A stretch of DNA of 63,530 nucleotides, the filler included, from Octopus bimaculoides (lineage: Eukaryota), in the NCBI RefSeq assembly GCF_001194135.2. It is 6 parts of 5 records of this genome, joined end to end, with 100 filler letters (N's around TTAATTAATTAA, not from the genome) between each part and the next. Parts side by side here need not be neighbours in the genome. Positions count along the whole stretch, not along the records: positions 1 to 23,009 come from NC_068982.1; 5 more parts are not named here. The stretch is one strand, 5' to 3'. Position numbers and translations under genes: made by a program. Below are positions 1 through 12,904 of the stretch, piece after piece. The first letter of the stretch is position 1. The number at the start of each line of letters is the position of its first letter. Under the pieces are notes generated by a model. The model had not been told where the DNA came from. It saw only the letters and a program-made list of their open reading frames with translations, and did no database searches.

Positions 1-78
1 TTCCCCCTCCCAAAAAGAAAAGCTCTACATTGTATTTGTCCCATCTTCGTTGAGCCCTGTGTGGCTAATAAAAGAAAT
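1..78 (+). mobile_element. 3' end of a family-A-like SINE (AATAAA-containing tail), followed by (CTAT)n
   Basis: ttgtcccatcttcgttgagccctgtgtggctaataaaagaaat resembles the tails of the full copies at 9297 and 59892 (ttgtcccctct..tttagccccttg..ggcaataaagaaat). Confidence 0.55.
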
Positions 79-409
79 GTATCTATCTATCTATCTATCC
101 AATTAAACAAACAAGCAACTATATGAATGAAAATAAAGCAAATAATGAAATAATAAAATAAAAGGTTATTCAAAAGTGAACCATTCTGAAAGATGTTTTA
201 GAATGTTCTGAAAGCATTCATCCCCAGTTTTCCCCTCCAAAGAAGCTCAGTTGAATGTTAATGGAAAAATGCAAAACGCAGATTCAAGATTCCCTCCCGA
301 TTTACAGTTTACACATATTAATACATGTGGAGTTTTTTTTTTAATCTCGGGTGCAACTGATTTGCTCGTGTGCGTAAATCTGTTTACTCGGTGGCGCGGG
401 TGCACGCGT

Positions 410-1360
410 TCACTGACACATCACACAAATGATGTAGCGCTCCCAGCAGCGTTGGAGAGAGTAGCGATTGAGTCTTTTTAGTTGACCCCCATAGTCAATG
501 CCTCTCATACCGTCTATCTTTCTTGCTATTGACCTCTGGAGTGCTTCTACTTTCATAAGGAGTTGCTTCGTATGAGGAAACCACAGTGGACAACAGTACT
601 CAAGATGGGGGTCAGTCAAAAGCAGAGTAGAGAGAAGGATGATGGTGTGGGCATCTCTAGACTGAGAAGTTCTCACAATCCAGGAGCACATCTTGCGGGC
701 CAAGTCAACCTTGCTGTTTACGTGGGAGCTCTAGCTTAGATTATTATCAACAATTACTCTGACGTTTCTAGTGTTGTTGGATGACACTAGGGAGTCGCTC
801 AAGGGAAGAACATATGGTAATTTCAGAGTATCCTCTTTTCCAAAGTGGATCAAATCAAACTTGTCGTCAATTAGAAGCATATTGTTTTTTTCTACCCATT
901 GGACGACATATCTGACTGAAGGCATGCTCGGTAGAATGTTTGGCTGAGCTGGATCGTATTCCCTCAAACACAACATGGGTTCGTTTCGTCAGGAAACACT
1001 TTATCCACTGCATCAATTTTCCATGGACTCCAATGTTGGACAGTTACAACAGCACGATTTTGTTATCCACTTTGCCAAATGCCTTGCTGAAATCAAGGTA
1101 TACGGCGTCAGTGTCGGAGTCTTCTCCCATCGCTTTTAAGATGTCATCAAAATGGTGTAGAAGTTGCCACAGGCAGTCCCTGCCATCACGTAAACCATAC
1201 TGGCTGGGGTTCAGCAGATTGTTGTCTTCAAGGAAGTGAGTTATTCGCGATCTCACCACCCTCTCGAATAATTTAATGATATGGGTGGTGACTGAAATCG
1301 GGCGGTAGTTCACTACAACAGATTTGTTTCCCTTTTTGAAGACTGGGACGAGAGACTTGG
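410..1360 (-). pseudogene. CR1-like LINE ORF2 reverse transcriptase fragment, degraded, lacking the catalytic core
   Basis: Minus-strand frames give PVFKKGNKSVVVNYRPISVT..NPSQYGLR..VYLDFSKAFGKV, then L*LSNIGVHGKLMQWIKCFL, then QWVEKNNMLL..KFDLIHFG, and LEYCCPLW..EALQRSIARKI..YSLQRCWERY. These are standard CR1-clade RT/C-terminal motifs, broken by stops and frameshifts. Confidence 0.9.
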
Positions 1361-1716
1361 GCAATATAATGATCAGGAATTTAGCCTGTATCAAGTGAGT
1401 TTCTCCAGAGCTCAGCACGAGGGTGTGCAATTTGATGTCGACACATCTTCAGGACAGTGGCCTTGAACTTATCGGTACCTACTGCCGAGTTGTTGGTTGA
1501 TCTTATTTATTTCTGTTCGGATATCAGGAGCACCAAAAGTTATATCAAATATTATTAATTGAGGCTTTACTACCGCATTACCGCTACTGAAGACAGCAGT
1601 ATTGTCTCTGCATTATCTCGCACATGGATTTTGCATCATCATGTTGATTGTTGTTCTCATCAACCGGATGACCAACAGTGGAAACAGCGTCTTCATGTCG
1701 TTTTGCAAATGACAAG

Positions 1717-1766
<50 letters not shown>

Positions 1767-2789
1767 NNNNNNNNNNNNNNNNNNNNNNNNNNNNNNNNNN
1801 NNNNNNNNNNNNNNNNNATATATATATATATATATACACAGAAAGAGACAGAGAGAGACAGAAAGAAAGAGAGTTTGGCTCACGAACTGTACAGATGTGC
1901 TTTTTTAAAAGCTGATTGCCAACAACAGCCCCACAAAAACCACACGTGTGCCTTTCTTCTTTCGAATCCTTGAACTCTTTAAATCTCTGGTTATTTTGAA
2001 CCGTAAGAACACAATATCCCAACGATAAATATTTGTAAGTACACAATATTTCTATTAAGAAATATGGACAAATTTACGCGAAAGTATATGAACATTCTTG
2101 TCTATTCCCATACAATACTACACAATACAATGTTATTTTTATATATATAATTTGTTTATTTTATTCACTTTTGGAATTCGCATTTCTCTTTTATCTTCCA
2201 CAACTTAAGCAATGTCAACATAAATAGCTTTGCCCATTTCGGTATGATTAAGAACCCAACATTTTAAAGAATGAGTAGTTTATAACAACAACATCAACAG
2301 CACAAAACCAAAGATACGCTATAATGCCTACATAACTCACACAGAGTAATCGCAACTTTTCAGACTGTAATGCCGACATTCTCATTAATGCATGGGTCAT
2401 CTTTTCTCAAATGAGAACATGTATAAATCTTATTGCCCAAAGAAATCATATTGCCTCATGTATAAATCTTATTGCCCAAAGAAATTTTCGCCTTTTTGAT
2501 AGCCGGCAAAACTGAAACAAATTGCTACTTCATATCGAACAATTATTAACCACATGGATAAAACTCACTCAAATCCTTGCAACAAACATAGCCAGCGATG
2601 AGTAGCAGCAACGAAAACAACAGCAACAATCATATCAGCAACATAAACACCGACAACAACAATTACTACCACAACAGCAAAATCAACAATAAAAGCCACA
2701 ACGAAGGTTGAAGCAAAAAAAGGCTTCTAAGGCACTCTATCACAAAACACTAACCAACAGCCTTATCGACGTCGGTATTAGGGCAGCCA

Positions 2790-3104
2790 TCTTCCACCAC
2801 CTGCACCACCACCCACACCACCACCACCACCACCACCACGCCCCTCGCCACTGCTGCTACTATTACAGCTTCTTCTTCTTCTTCTTCTTCTTCTTGTTCT
2901 TCTCCTTCCTCTTCTTCTTCTTCTTCTTCCTCTTCCTCTTCTTTTTCTTCTGCCTCTACTTCCACTTTTATAACTCTGTCAGTGACCAACCTCAATCACT
3001 CCTTTCTTCATCTGCTTTCGACCAATTTCAGCCACTATTTCTTTCTTCCTCATCCATGACCGCCCCCACTGCCTCAAAATCAACACTACCAAATTCAACT
3101 ACAT

Positions 3105-3172
<68 letters not shown>

Positions 3173-3250
3173 CCACGAACCTCAGTGTCTTTACGTCAAC
3201 ACTACCAAATTCAACTACTACTACTACTACTACTGCCACTACCACTACTA
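2790..3250. repeat. Compound trinucleotide microsatellite (CAC)n-(CTT)n-(CTA)n
   Basis: Directly visible; explains ORFs 2708..3487 and 2750..2995. Confidence 0.95.
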
Positions 3251-3974
3251 CTACCAGTCTTGGTTTCCGAACCTTCCGTCATCTACAAATATCATGCTCG
3301 CATTATGTCACAGCACAATTTCACTTCAACTGTCCCTGCTCTCTTTAACATCATGTCACGACACATAATAGATGAAAATCATTTCATAACACTCAAACAG
3401 TTCTTCGTTGTATTTCTCCCAAAAATTTTCGATAAACTACCTTCACCGAGATTTAGCCCTACAAACAATGAATCTTTACTCAAATGAGCTACGATGCCCA
3501 AAGAATGACTATCATTAAACATCATTCAATGCATTTTCCGGACGATGCTATTAAGTTGCATGTAGCTTTGGCCAGTACTGGCCAAAAATATCCTAAGTAT
3601 ATGTGTATACATACGTACACACACACACACACACACATGCATATGTATANNNNNNNNNNNNNNNNNNNNNNNNNNNNNNNNNNNNNNNNNNNNNNNNNNN
3701 NNNNNNNNNNNNNNNNNNNNNNNNNNNNNNNNNNNNNNNNNNNNNNNNNNNNNNNNNNNNNNNNNNNNNNNNNNNNNNNNNNNNNNNNNNNNNNNNNNNN
3801 NNNNNNNNNNNNNNNNNNNNNNNNNNNNNNNNNNNNNNNNNNNNNNNNNNNNNNNNNNNNNNNNNNNNNNNNNNNNNNNNNNNNNNNNNNNNNNNNNNNN
3901 NNNNNNNNNNNNNNNNNNNNNNNNNNNNNNNNTATATATATATATATATATACATACATATATGCTCACATTTA

Positions 3975-4040
3975 TTCTTTTACTTGTTTCAGTCATTTGG
4001 CTGGAGGGGGATTTAGTCGAAAAAATCGATCCCAGGACTG
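3975..4040 (-). mobile_element. SINE family B 3' tail fragment, fused to the mariner at cccaggact
   Basis: tttacttgtttcagtcatt..tttagtcgaaaaaatcgatcccaggact matches tails of the full B copies (35300, 41325). Confidence 0.75.
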
Positions 4041-5280
4041 GTTCTGAAGCGTATCAATACACGGCAGCAGACGGTTGCGTGGGCAGTGAGAACTAGGAGT
4101 GACCATCAAGAGGCAGTGTGCGGGTGACATTACTGTCTTTACTATGTAAGTTGTGAAATTTGTAATTTTGTGATCACGTGTATGCTGTAGTCTGCGAGTT
4201 TGTCATGGACAAGAAGTTGGAATAAAGAGCCAACATGACATTTTGTGTTAATCTTTGTAAGTCTATTACTATTGAGCATATTTCGGCCAGCTTAGGATAA
4301 CGTGACAAGGAGTTGTACGTAATCTTTCGAGTAGGTCGAGCGCTTCAAACGCGGAAGAAATGCACTGCAAGATGATGAGGGGTCTGGAAGACTTATTACG
4401 AGCAGCACCCCTGGAAATGCGGAGAAAATTCACCACCTTGTGCATTAGGATCACAGGAGGAGAATCAACGACATTGCTGATGTTGTTGGTCTGTCGTATG
4501 TGTCCGTGCAGGGAATCTTAACCCCTGAATTGAATATGCGGCGTGTCTCTGTCAAGTTTGACACCCGCCTGCTGATCAGTGAGCACAAAGAACACCATGT
4601 CGAATGCTGTGAAGATCTGTGTCATCGTGTGGCTTATGCGGTTATGACATATCCTTCCTGTCGTGGATCATCACCGATGAACAGAGTTGGATCTACGGGA
4701 ACAACCCTGAAGCGAAGCAACAATCATCGCAATGGAAGAGCCACTCATCCGCAGGACCGTAGAAGACATAAAAGAGCCGCTGTTCAATCAAGTTCATGCT
4801 CATCATTATTTACGACACCCGCGATATTGTACATCGAAAATTCGTCCTCCAGGGCGAGACCGTCAATCGAGAGTTCTACTGCGACGTTTTGAAGCGTTTG
4901 AGGGAGGACATCCGGCGCAAGCTACCAGATCTGTGGAACGTGAAGAATTGGATCCTTCACGATGTCAATGCATCTTGTCAGTGATTTCTCCTCACAGGTG
5001 AGTTTCTCGCTAAAAACAACATGACATCACTACCGCATCTGCCAAATTCGCCAGATTTAGTATTTCCATCTCTTCACGAAAATGACAAGGCAACGCAAAG
5101 GTCACCGTTTTAACACTGTTGTCGAGATCCAGACCAAATTGCACAACAGCCTCGATTCGCTTACGGAAAACGACTGCCAAGCGTTATTCTAAATGTGGCA
5201 GGAACGCTGGGACCGGTGTATTGCTGTGCATGGTGGTTATTTCCAAGGAGATGATCAACTGAAAGAAATTGCAACTTGAT
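4032..5280 (+). mobile_element. Degenerate mariner (DD34D) transposon; transposase pseudogene about 4205..5255
   Basis: MDKKLE*RANM.FCV, ELNMRRVSVKF, MLIIIYDTRDIVHRKFV.QGETVNREFYCDVLKRLREDIRRK.PDLW..WILHDVNA, PNSPDL, WQERWDRCIAVHGGYFQGD; many stops and frameshifts; outer TIR ends not evident. Confidence 0.93.
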
Positions 5281-6647
5281 TTTTTAAGAATCATTGTCAT
5301 CGCCAGCATCTCATACAGGTTGATAAAGGTGGACGCTTTTAAGCGGTACTTATTATATGTGCAGTAAGTCGTATCTTTGAGACATATCAGTACGTAACTG
5401 TATTTCTCTGGCCTCTTCAAGTTATCATTATTTCAAATCGTGTATATAATTTGTCGTCCAACAATCTATCTATTTAAAGGATATATGAGTCTAAATGTGT
5501 GTTTGCCTGTGCGCACATGGACTAACATTTACACGCACATTAGGTAGAGGTGATTGCCACATTAAGGATTTTTATGTATGAGCATATGCTTTTGTGCATG
5601 TGAGTGTGTGCGTGTGTATGCGTGTGTGTGTTTGTCTTTGTCTATGTGCGTACCTTTACGTATATGTGTGTGAGCTTTAAGGTGTGTGTTCTCCATGTGC
5701 GAACTTCTATTAATTACAGGTAATAGATTCATGAAATTACTTTGTGCAACAATAAATATATAGGTATTAATTTTCTTCAAATTAGAATTCTTATTAATTG
5801 AATGTGATCATTTTGTATCATGTTCTCTAGATCGCATACGGATTTTTATCTCTAGCTACATCCTACACATACATCCCCACACACGAACATATACATATGT
5901 CAGTTATTCGAATATAGCCTATGATTGATTACGAAATGCCGCTTAGAAGCAGTCAACTACTTTGGTATCATTTTATGTAGTTATTCTGTGGAACATATTA
6001 AATCTAATAAATTTATAAATTAATAAAGTATTAATATTAATTTTAATAAATCTATTATGAATTCGAATACTTGTATCATATCGTAACATACGGCATGTTG
6101 AATTTTTAATCTATATTACTTGAAACTCTAGAAATTATATCATTTATAGATATATACATAAAGTTATATGAGTCACATGTTCTCACACAAATTAATAAGA
6201 TGCAGCAAATTTTTGATTGTGAAATTGATGCGAAAATATATTGTAAGCTCTAAAATGTTGCACCAAAACACTTCGTGCCTTATGCATTCTACGATACAGG
6301 CTTAAAATAATATACACAGCGCATATTTAAATAACATTTCAAATTCCACATGGCTTGATAAGTCATATTACACTATCATTTATTGATTACATTTAATCAT
6401 ATGAACCCTTGAATTCTCAAAATTTAATCAGTCACTCAAGGAGCATTTGTTAATTGCTGTTTTAGAATACGCCATCTTAGCAAAATTGATTGTATATATA
6501 TTTTGATTGTATCCATATACATTAAGGCATTAAAATCATCGTAGATATGTACAAAATTCTATCAGGCTAAGTTGTCATTCTTGTACTTGACAAAGTTTCA
6601 GTAGATAGTTGAATACAATATACAAAATGTTGAAGACAATTGTTGTG

Positions 6648-6845
6648 ATATTGGTTTCGAATGTTGGCAACACCTTAGCTATTTCGTGGGGAGGGATAAG
6701 TAAATTTTTATCGACCCCTATGATTAACCGGTTCTTATTTCATCAACCCCGAAATGGTGAAAGAAAAGTCGACCACAGTGAAATTTGAAATCAAAACTTA
6801 AAGACGGACGAAATGTCGGTAAGCATTTTACCCGGTGTGCTAAAA
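6648..6845 (-). mobile_element. SINE family A (tRNA-derived), degenerate
   Basis: aagtcgaccacagtgaaatttgaaatcaaaac..gacggacgaaatg..taagcatttt matches the reverse complement of the A consensus seen at 59892. Confidence 0.8.
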
Positions 6846-7679
6846 AACCATGGAAGATGATGTGTATTCCTCCTATCTTCAGTGATATGAAAACTAAACG
6901 TAAAATGCTTACGGATTTAAAATACAATTTACAAATAAGAACATATATATGTATATACTTCAAACTCTAGAAATTATATCATTTATATATATACATAAAT
7001 TTATATAAGTACATGTTCTAACAAATTAACAATTTTTTTATTGTGAAATTGATGTGAAAATATAGCGCTCCCACTCAGTAGAATATTTTAATAAACATTA
7101 TTCGTAAAATTGGTCTGTGTGAAGTTTTTCTTTTTCCCCTTATCCCACTAATTTCCACAATTACTCAGTACTTCCCAACACCTTCATCTATTTGATAGAC
7201 ACTCTCCCTATTGTCTTATAGATAAATTATACAGAAAATATAGGCATTAAACTTTTGAAATAACTTTAGTATTGCATCAACTGTCTCATACGTTGTTCTA
7301 TATTGCATACGTTATTCTAATCAGCAGAAGATAAACATCTCTTCACTACTTTATAAAGCCGGCAATGTGAAAATAATGAATTCTATCTTGACTCAAATTT
7401 ATCTCATAAAATTATATCATGAAAAATACTTCTCATTTGAACATCTTGATTGTATTATTCAAACTAAAAGCTTTGATTTTGCTGACATTTCATCATACGT
7501 AAAAGTCATTCTAACCAATATGTTCTAAACCATATAACATAAATATCTAGTTTATCTAATTATTTAACGGGATATATTCAAATCGAACATGGGAGGTTCA
7601 CGTGATTCTCAGAAAGTATAGCAGATACATTTTAGGATTGAATATAATTAATTATACATAAAAATGAAGGAACACATAA

Positions 7680-7980
7680 ACACACACACACACATACACG
7701 TGTATTTGTGTGTGTGTGTGTGCGTGTGTGTGTGCGTGTGTGTGTGCGTGTGTGTGTGCGTGTGTGTGTGTGTTAACATACATATGTACACACACATATA
7801 CACACATATATATAAGCACCCATTGCTATAATATCTGCATGCAAATATATAGGTGTATAAACTTATACAGATACGCACATAGACATATGTACATATATAA
7901 AATGTGTGCGTGTATTTCTGTGTATGTGTACCTTTCTGTACATATAAATCTGTATGTGTATGTGAGCGGTTATGCATACA
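7680..7980. repeat. Complex (CA)/(TG)/(TA) microsatellite
   Basis: Directly visible. Confidence 0.9.
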
Positions 7981-8309
7981 GTCAACCGTATATGCAGAAT
8001 GTCACTTTATGGAAAAGTTTAACGGAGATGAAGAAAAAGCTACTGGGTGAGAGCGCTAAGCAGTGATGTGCATAAATGTAAAGTTATAACGAGTTCGAAT
8101 ACGCCAGTGGCACATTCAGACTTGTAAAGAAGCCAGTCACTCTGTTTTGTCATGGAGAAAATTACTCGCTGTAGACAAATGCTGTAAGTACACCTAAATC
8201 AACTCGGAGCGCTACGCATAGGTTTCTGTGACTTGAAAAAGACATTTAATTTAGATAGAGAATATGCATAGACAGACTTTCCTACAGCTATTTCTACAAT
8301 AAGCAATGG

Positions 8310-8640
8310 TGTAGATCATCATATTGAATATGGATTCCATAGACTGAGTAAACCGTCGTCGGTGAGACAGAAATCAATTAGAGAGATGTAGAAGGGAGGC
8401 AAAACCCCAGCTGAGCATATTAGTATAACCTTCTATAACAAAAATATGCAGAGGATCAGAATGGAACAGTAGCTTGTTAGGTAGATCCATGACCAAATGA
8501 AAATATAGTTATAGGTAAAGTCCATTAGCAGTCTCAAATGAGAATATTTAATGTTAATCCATGACGAAGAATAGAGGAGCTTACCAGTTCTAGTTTTGAG
8601 TTAAGGACAGACAGGAGGTGAATGGAGTAGAATAGATATA
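8310..8640. repeat. Left arm (outer part) of a long degenerate inverted repeat; continues at 9768..10020 after the mariner insertion
   Basis: gatcatcatattgaatatggattccatagactgagt (about 8316) and gtccattagcagtctcaaatgagaat (8520) are reverse-complement homologous to 10680..10715 and 10490..10516. Confidence 0.8.
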
Positions 8641-9767
8641 CGAAGTGTTATGAAAAGGTTTCTGCACTAGTTATTTTTAATTATGTTTAATAAAAAAAAA
8701 AATTATTCCTCTAAGTTTTAACTTCACCTCCTTCGAAATAGTCAACTGCTCAACAATACACTGGTTCCAGTGTTCATGCTAGTTTTAGAATCTGGCCTGG
8801 GAGTTGACAACGCTCTGGATTTCGACAACTGTTAAAATGGTGGCGTTAGGACAGGTTTTCGTCTTGGGGAAGGGATGGAAATTCGTAGGTGCTAAATCTC
8901 GCGAATAGGATGATGGACTGCATTGTCGTCATGAATAATTCAATTCTCCACGCTCCACCGATCCGGTCACATTGGTCAAATATCCTCCCTCGGACGTTTC
9001 AAAACGTCGCAGAGGAACTCTCGACTAACAATCTCGCCATTGGGGATGCATTCTCGGTGTACAATACAACGGATGTGGAAAAAGTGATGAGCATGCTACC
9101 GATTGAACTGCGACTCTGTTGTGCATTCTTCGGTCGTGAAGATGAAGGGCTCTTCCGTTGTAATGACTTCTGCTTCGCTTCAGGGCGTTCCAGTAGATCC
9201 GACTCTCACCACCGGTGATGATCCTCGACATGAAGGATGCGTCATCAGCGGTACAGCGACGGAGATCTCGACATACTTCTATGCTACATTGTTTCTTATT
9301 TCTTTATTGCCCGCAAGGGCTAAACACAGAGGGGACAAATAAGGACAGACAAAGGGATTACGTTGATTACATCGACACCAGTGCGTAACTTGTACTTAAT
9401 TTATCGACCACGAAAGTATAAAAGGCAAATTCGACCCCGGTGGAATCTGAAATCAGAACGTAACGGCAGACGAAATACCGCTAAGCATTTCGCCCGGCAT
9501 GCTAACCTTTCTGCCAGTTCACCGCCTTCTATGCTATATTGTTTCTGCTCAGTGGTTAGCATGGGGGGGGGATTGGCAGAGACGCGCTGCATATTCAATT
9601 CAGATGTTAAGATTGCCTGCACTGACCAATACGCCAGACCAATTATATCAGCAATGTTGTTGATTGTTCTCCGACGATCCTAATGCACAAGCTGACGCAT
9701 TTTCTCCACGTTTTCGGGGGTGCCGCTCGTGTCACATCCAGTCCAGGAACGTTTTGATACCACTTCG
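8641..9767 (-). mobile_element. Internally deleted mariner (same family as 4032..5280) with both 30-bp TIRs and TA target duplication
   Basis: TA|cgaagtgttatgaaaaggtttctgcactag ... ccagtccaggaacgttttgataccacttcg|TA (24/30 identity); minus frames QAILTSELNMQRVSA and MSRIITGGESRIY; the 5' TIR joins directly to mid-HTH sequence. Confidence 0.93.
9297..9528 (-). mobile_element. Full-length SINE family A nested in the mariner, with about 21-bp TSD
   Basis: Minus strand: A-box tggcagaaagg, B-box-like gatttcagattcc, AATAAA tail; flanks cttctatgctacattgtttct (9276..9296) and cttctatgctatattgtttct (9526..9546). Confidence 0.93.
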
Positions 9768-10020
9768 TATACTGCTCAGTACAGTGGGTGAGGCATGCTA
9801 GTCGAGAGAGTTTAAGGAATGCATGTATAGAAACAGATAAGTAATGGATTTAAAAATTGTAAATGTTAGATACTGTCAAATGACCAACAAGCCTGGCCAG
9901 AGTTATCAAAAATGGGAGGTAGGTTTAGTGATGATAATAAAGCGGTTATAAAAGATAACAAGGATCTAAAGCTAAAGGAAACCTGATATTAGTGGAAGCG
10001 ATGTGAGATTTAGGATTCAC
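9768..10020. repeat. Left arm (inner part) of the long inverted repeat
   Basis: gcatgctagtcgagagag..atgtatagaaacagata..tcaaatgaccaacaag..aaaaatgggagg is the reverse complement homolog of 10200..10330. Confidence 0.8.
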
Positions 10021-10094
10021 CAGGTTATAGTAGTGCTAGAAATAGATGCCCATATTATTACAAATAAAAGTTTAGAATTTAAGATTTCATTAAC

Positions 10095-10730
10095 ATCACA
10101 AATCATTAAATCTCCCATAATTTCCATTAATATCAAGCACCCTTTTGCTTTAAATGCTTATTAACTTTTACAATCGTCGTATTACCGTCACTACCCACCT
10201 CCTCCCATTTTTTCTGACTCTGATCAGCCTTGTCGGTCATTTGATCGTATCTGACAATTGCAACTCTTAAACGCTTTATCTATCTGTCTCTATACATGTA
10301 CCCCTAGCCTCTCTTGACTAGCATACCACCACTGTACAGACTAGTATACATCTCTCCTATTACATCTACGTCTGTCTTTCCGTCTATACTATAGGTGTAC
10401 TATACTATACCTATTCTACTCTCATTCATTCTCTATTCAAAACTGGAACCCGTAACATCCACTGTTCCTCGTCATGGATTTTCAGTGAACATTCTCACCT
10501 GAAACTGCTAATGGACATTATCTATAACTGTTATTTCTTTTGTTCGTCGATATACTTAACGCGTCGCCTTTCTACTCTGATCCTTCTAACATTCTTGACA
10601 AACTGGAATACATTAATATCTTTCACTGGGGATTTTCCTTCTCTTTTACATCTCTCTGACTTCTCCTGCTCTGATGACTCAGCCTATGGAATCCTTATTC
10701 AATATGATGATCCACACGATAGTGGGTGAT
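10095..10730. repeat. Right arm of the long inverted repeat (unclassified old repeat, possibly Penelope-like)
   Basis: See left arms; roughly 65-70% identity by eye. Confidence 0.8.
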
Positions 10731-11578
10731 CGCGCAGGCATGTATATGTGCGTGAGATTCTAGTGTGTATTCACCAGCCCACCGACTGGAAACAGGTAAT
10801 AGTCTGGTTGTGAAAGAGACTGATGGAATACGTACCAGAATTAAGGAATAATCAATGGTAGAGATTTGTCATTGTCTGTCAGGTTGAAGGTAACCTGAGG
10901 TACTAGTTGAAAACGAAGGCATTCGTTAGACCATCCCAAAACACAAATATAAGCTGATGGAAATAAATATTTGGGTGAGTTGCCAAGAACGGTGTGGAGA
11001 CATAGATCGCATTATGAGGCGTTAAGCAAAGGAAGACCGGTGTGCAAATAAATATTACATCTAAATGGCTGGCAGACAGAATAAGAATTATAAATCACGG
11101 AACCGCTTAGGTACTGTGGCGTGTCTCCTGATATACACTAAAAATCAAGCAAAAAGAAAACGCGTACAACCGTACGAATACACAAACAGAAACATATTTA
11201 TATACACATAAAATATAGACACGGATATATATGTAAATATATATATATACATTCATACATCATCGACGCCTACTGACACACACACACGCACACAAACACA
11301 CACATGCTTATATATACACGTATCACTTTACTTATATGTGTTTTCTTTAGCATGCATTTGAGTGGGTATAATCTACCGCACATATCTAAATCTCATGGCT
11401 AAATACATAGTTCATAACTGCAATATTTCGACGCTAACACCTAATCTTTTGAAGCTAGGATTCAATGTGTGAAGTAAATAGTGTGCAGAAAATACTCCTC
11501 CCTCTCTATCTCACACACACGCACAAGCGCACACACGTATTTATATATGCATTTGACTATGTATGTTTAGATACGTAA

Positions 11579-11616
<38 letters not shown>

Positions 11617-11964
11617 TTACGTATTTGTGCATACATATACACATATATATATATATATATATATANNNNNNNNNNNNNNNNNNNNNNNNNNNNNNNNNNN
11701 NNNNNNNNNNNNNNNNNNNNNNNNNNNNNNNNNNNNNNNNNNNNNNNNNNNNNNNNNNNNNNNNNNNNNNNNNNNNNNNNNNNNNNNNNNNNNNNNNNNN
11801 NNNNNNNNNNNNNNNNNNNNNNNNNNNNNNNNNNNNNNNNNNNNNNNNNNNNNNNNNNNNNNNNNNNNNNNNNNNNNNNNNNNNNNNNNNNNNNNNNNNN
11901 NNNNNNNNNNNNNNNNNNNNNNNNNNNNNNNNNNNNNNNNNNNNNNNNNNNNNNNNNNNNNNNN

Positions 11965-12018
<54 letters not shown>

Positions 12019-12904
12019 TAAGCACGAACACGAACTCTCTCTCACACACACACACACATAATATTACCTTCAAAGAATGGCGTTGGAATAAATTTTCGAA
12101 TCCATCCCCGTTTTATTAATTAAATTTCATTACATTTAATCCACCTTCTTTCTGTAAAGTTTTTAAACTCGCCATGAACATTAAAAACATTAATAATGGT
12201 CTTTTTTACATTTATGTCCATGGCGTATTTCAGTTCAAATATATCTTCAATTATTTAATGAAACAGGAAGAAAGAAAGTATTTAACTCGTCTCAGTAAAC
12301 GTTGCTTGCTTCGGGAAGATAATTACGTATTGATTTCAAATATAAACATCAAAGAAAATTTGTCAGCTTTAATTTAATTAAATTCGTGAATATATTTTCT
12401 ACAAATTGAGATTTGTTCGTGTGTCAGATTGTTGATGGAATTTAGCAATTTGCTGCTACGTTTACACATATAATATTGTGACAGATATAAGTGGTTTGCA
12501 ATAAAAATATTTAAGTCCTTATGTCGCAAGCCAAAATTACATGTAGAAAGTGAAACAAGCAAAAACACATGTTTTTAACCTGTTGGTTTTGATCTCTCAG
12601 AGTAAATCTTTTCTGTATATTTATCTACATTTCCTTTTTTGTTCAATTAATTTATTATCTTCGTTGAATTTATGCATCGTTACTTGTAAACTCACATTGT
12701 AATTCATCTGAATGCCTCAGAGGAGTAATGAAACGAAAATCGACGCCTGCGGTATTTAATTTGAGATCGTATACAACGGTAATTTATTACTACAAATAAT
12801 TTCCTGTAGCAAAATGCTGCGATAATGTAACCTCAACTCCATATTTGGTTTCCGAAGTGTAGCAATCGGATATATCCGCCATAGGAATTGAATTCACACA
12901 TATT

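Noticed and set aside
1900-1960. HTCGFCGAVVGNQLLKKHIC resembling a zinc finger
   Set aside because: Spacing is C-x2-C-x11-H with no correctly placed second His; no supporting context
2418-2485. 29-bp direct repeat, and other short tandem duplications (about 24191, 49996, 58931)
   Set aside because: Two-copy slippage duplications; no spacer diversity or array, not CRISPR-like
2708-3487. 259-aa ORF with poly-H/F/T/L runs
   Set aside because: Entirely explained by (CAC)(CTT)(CTA) microsatellites; no domain
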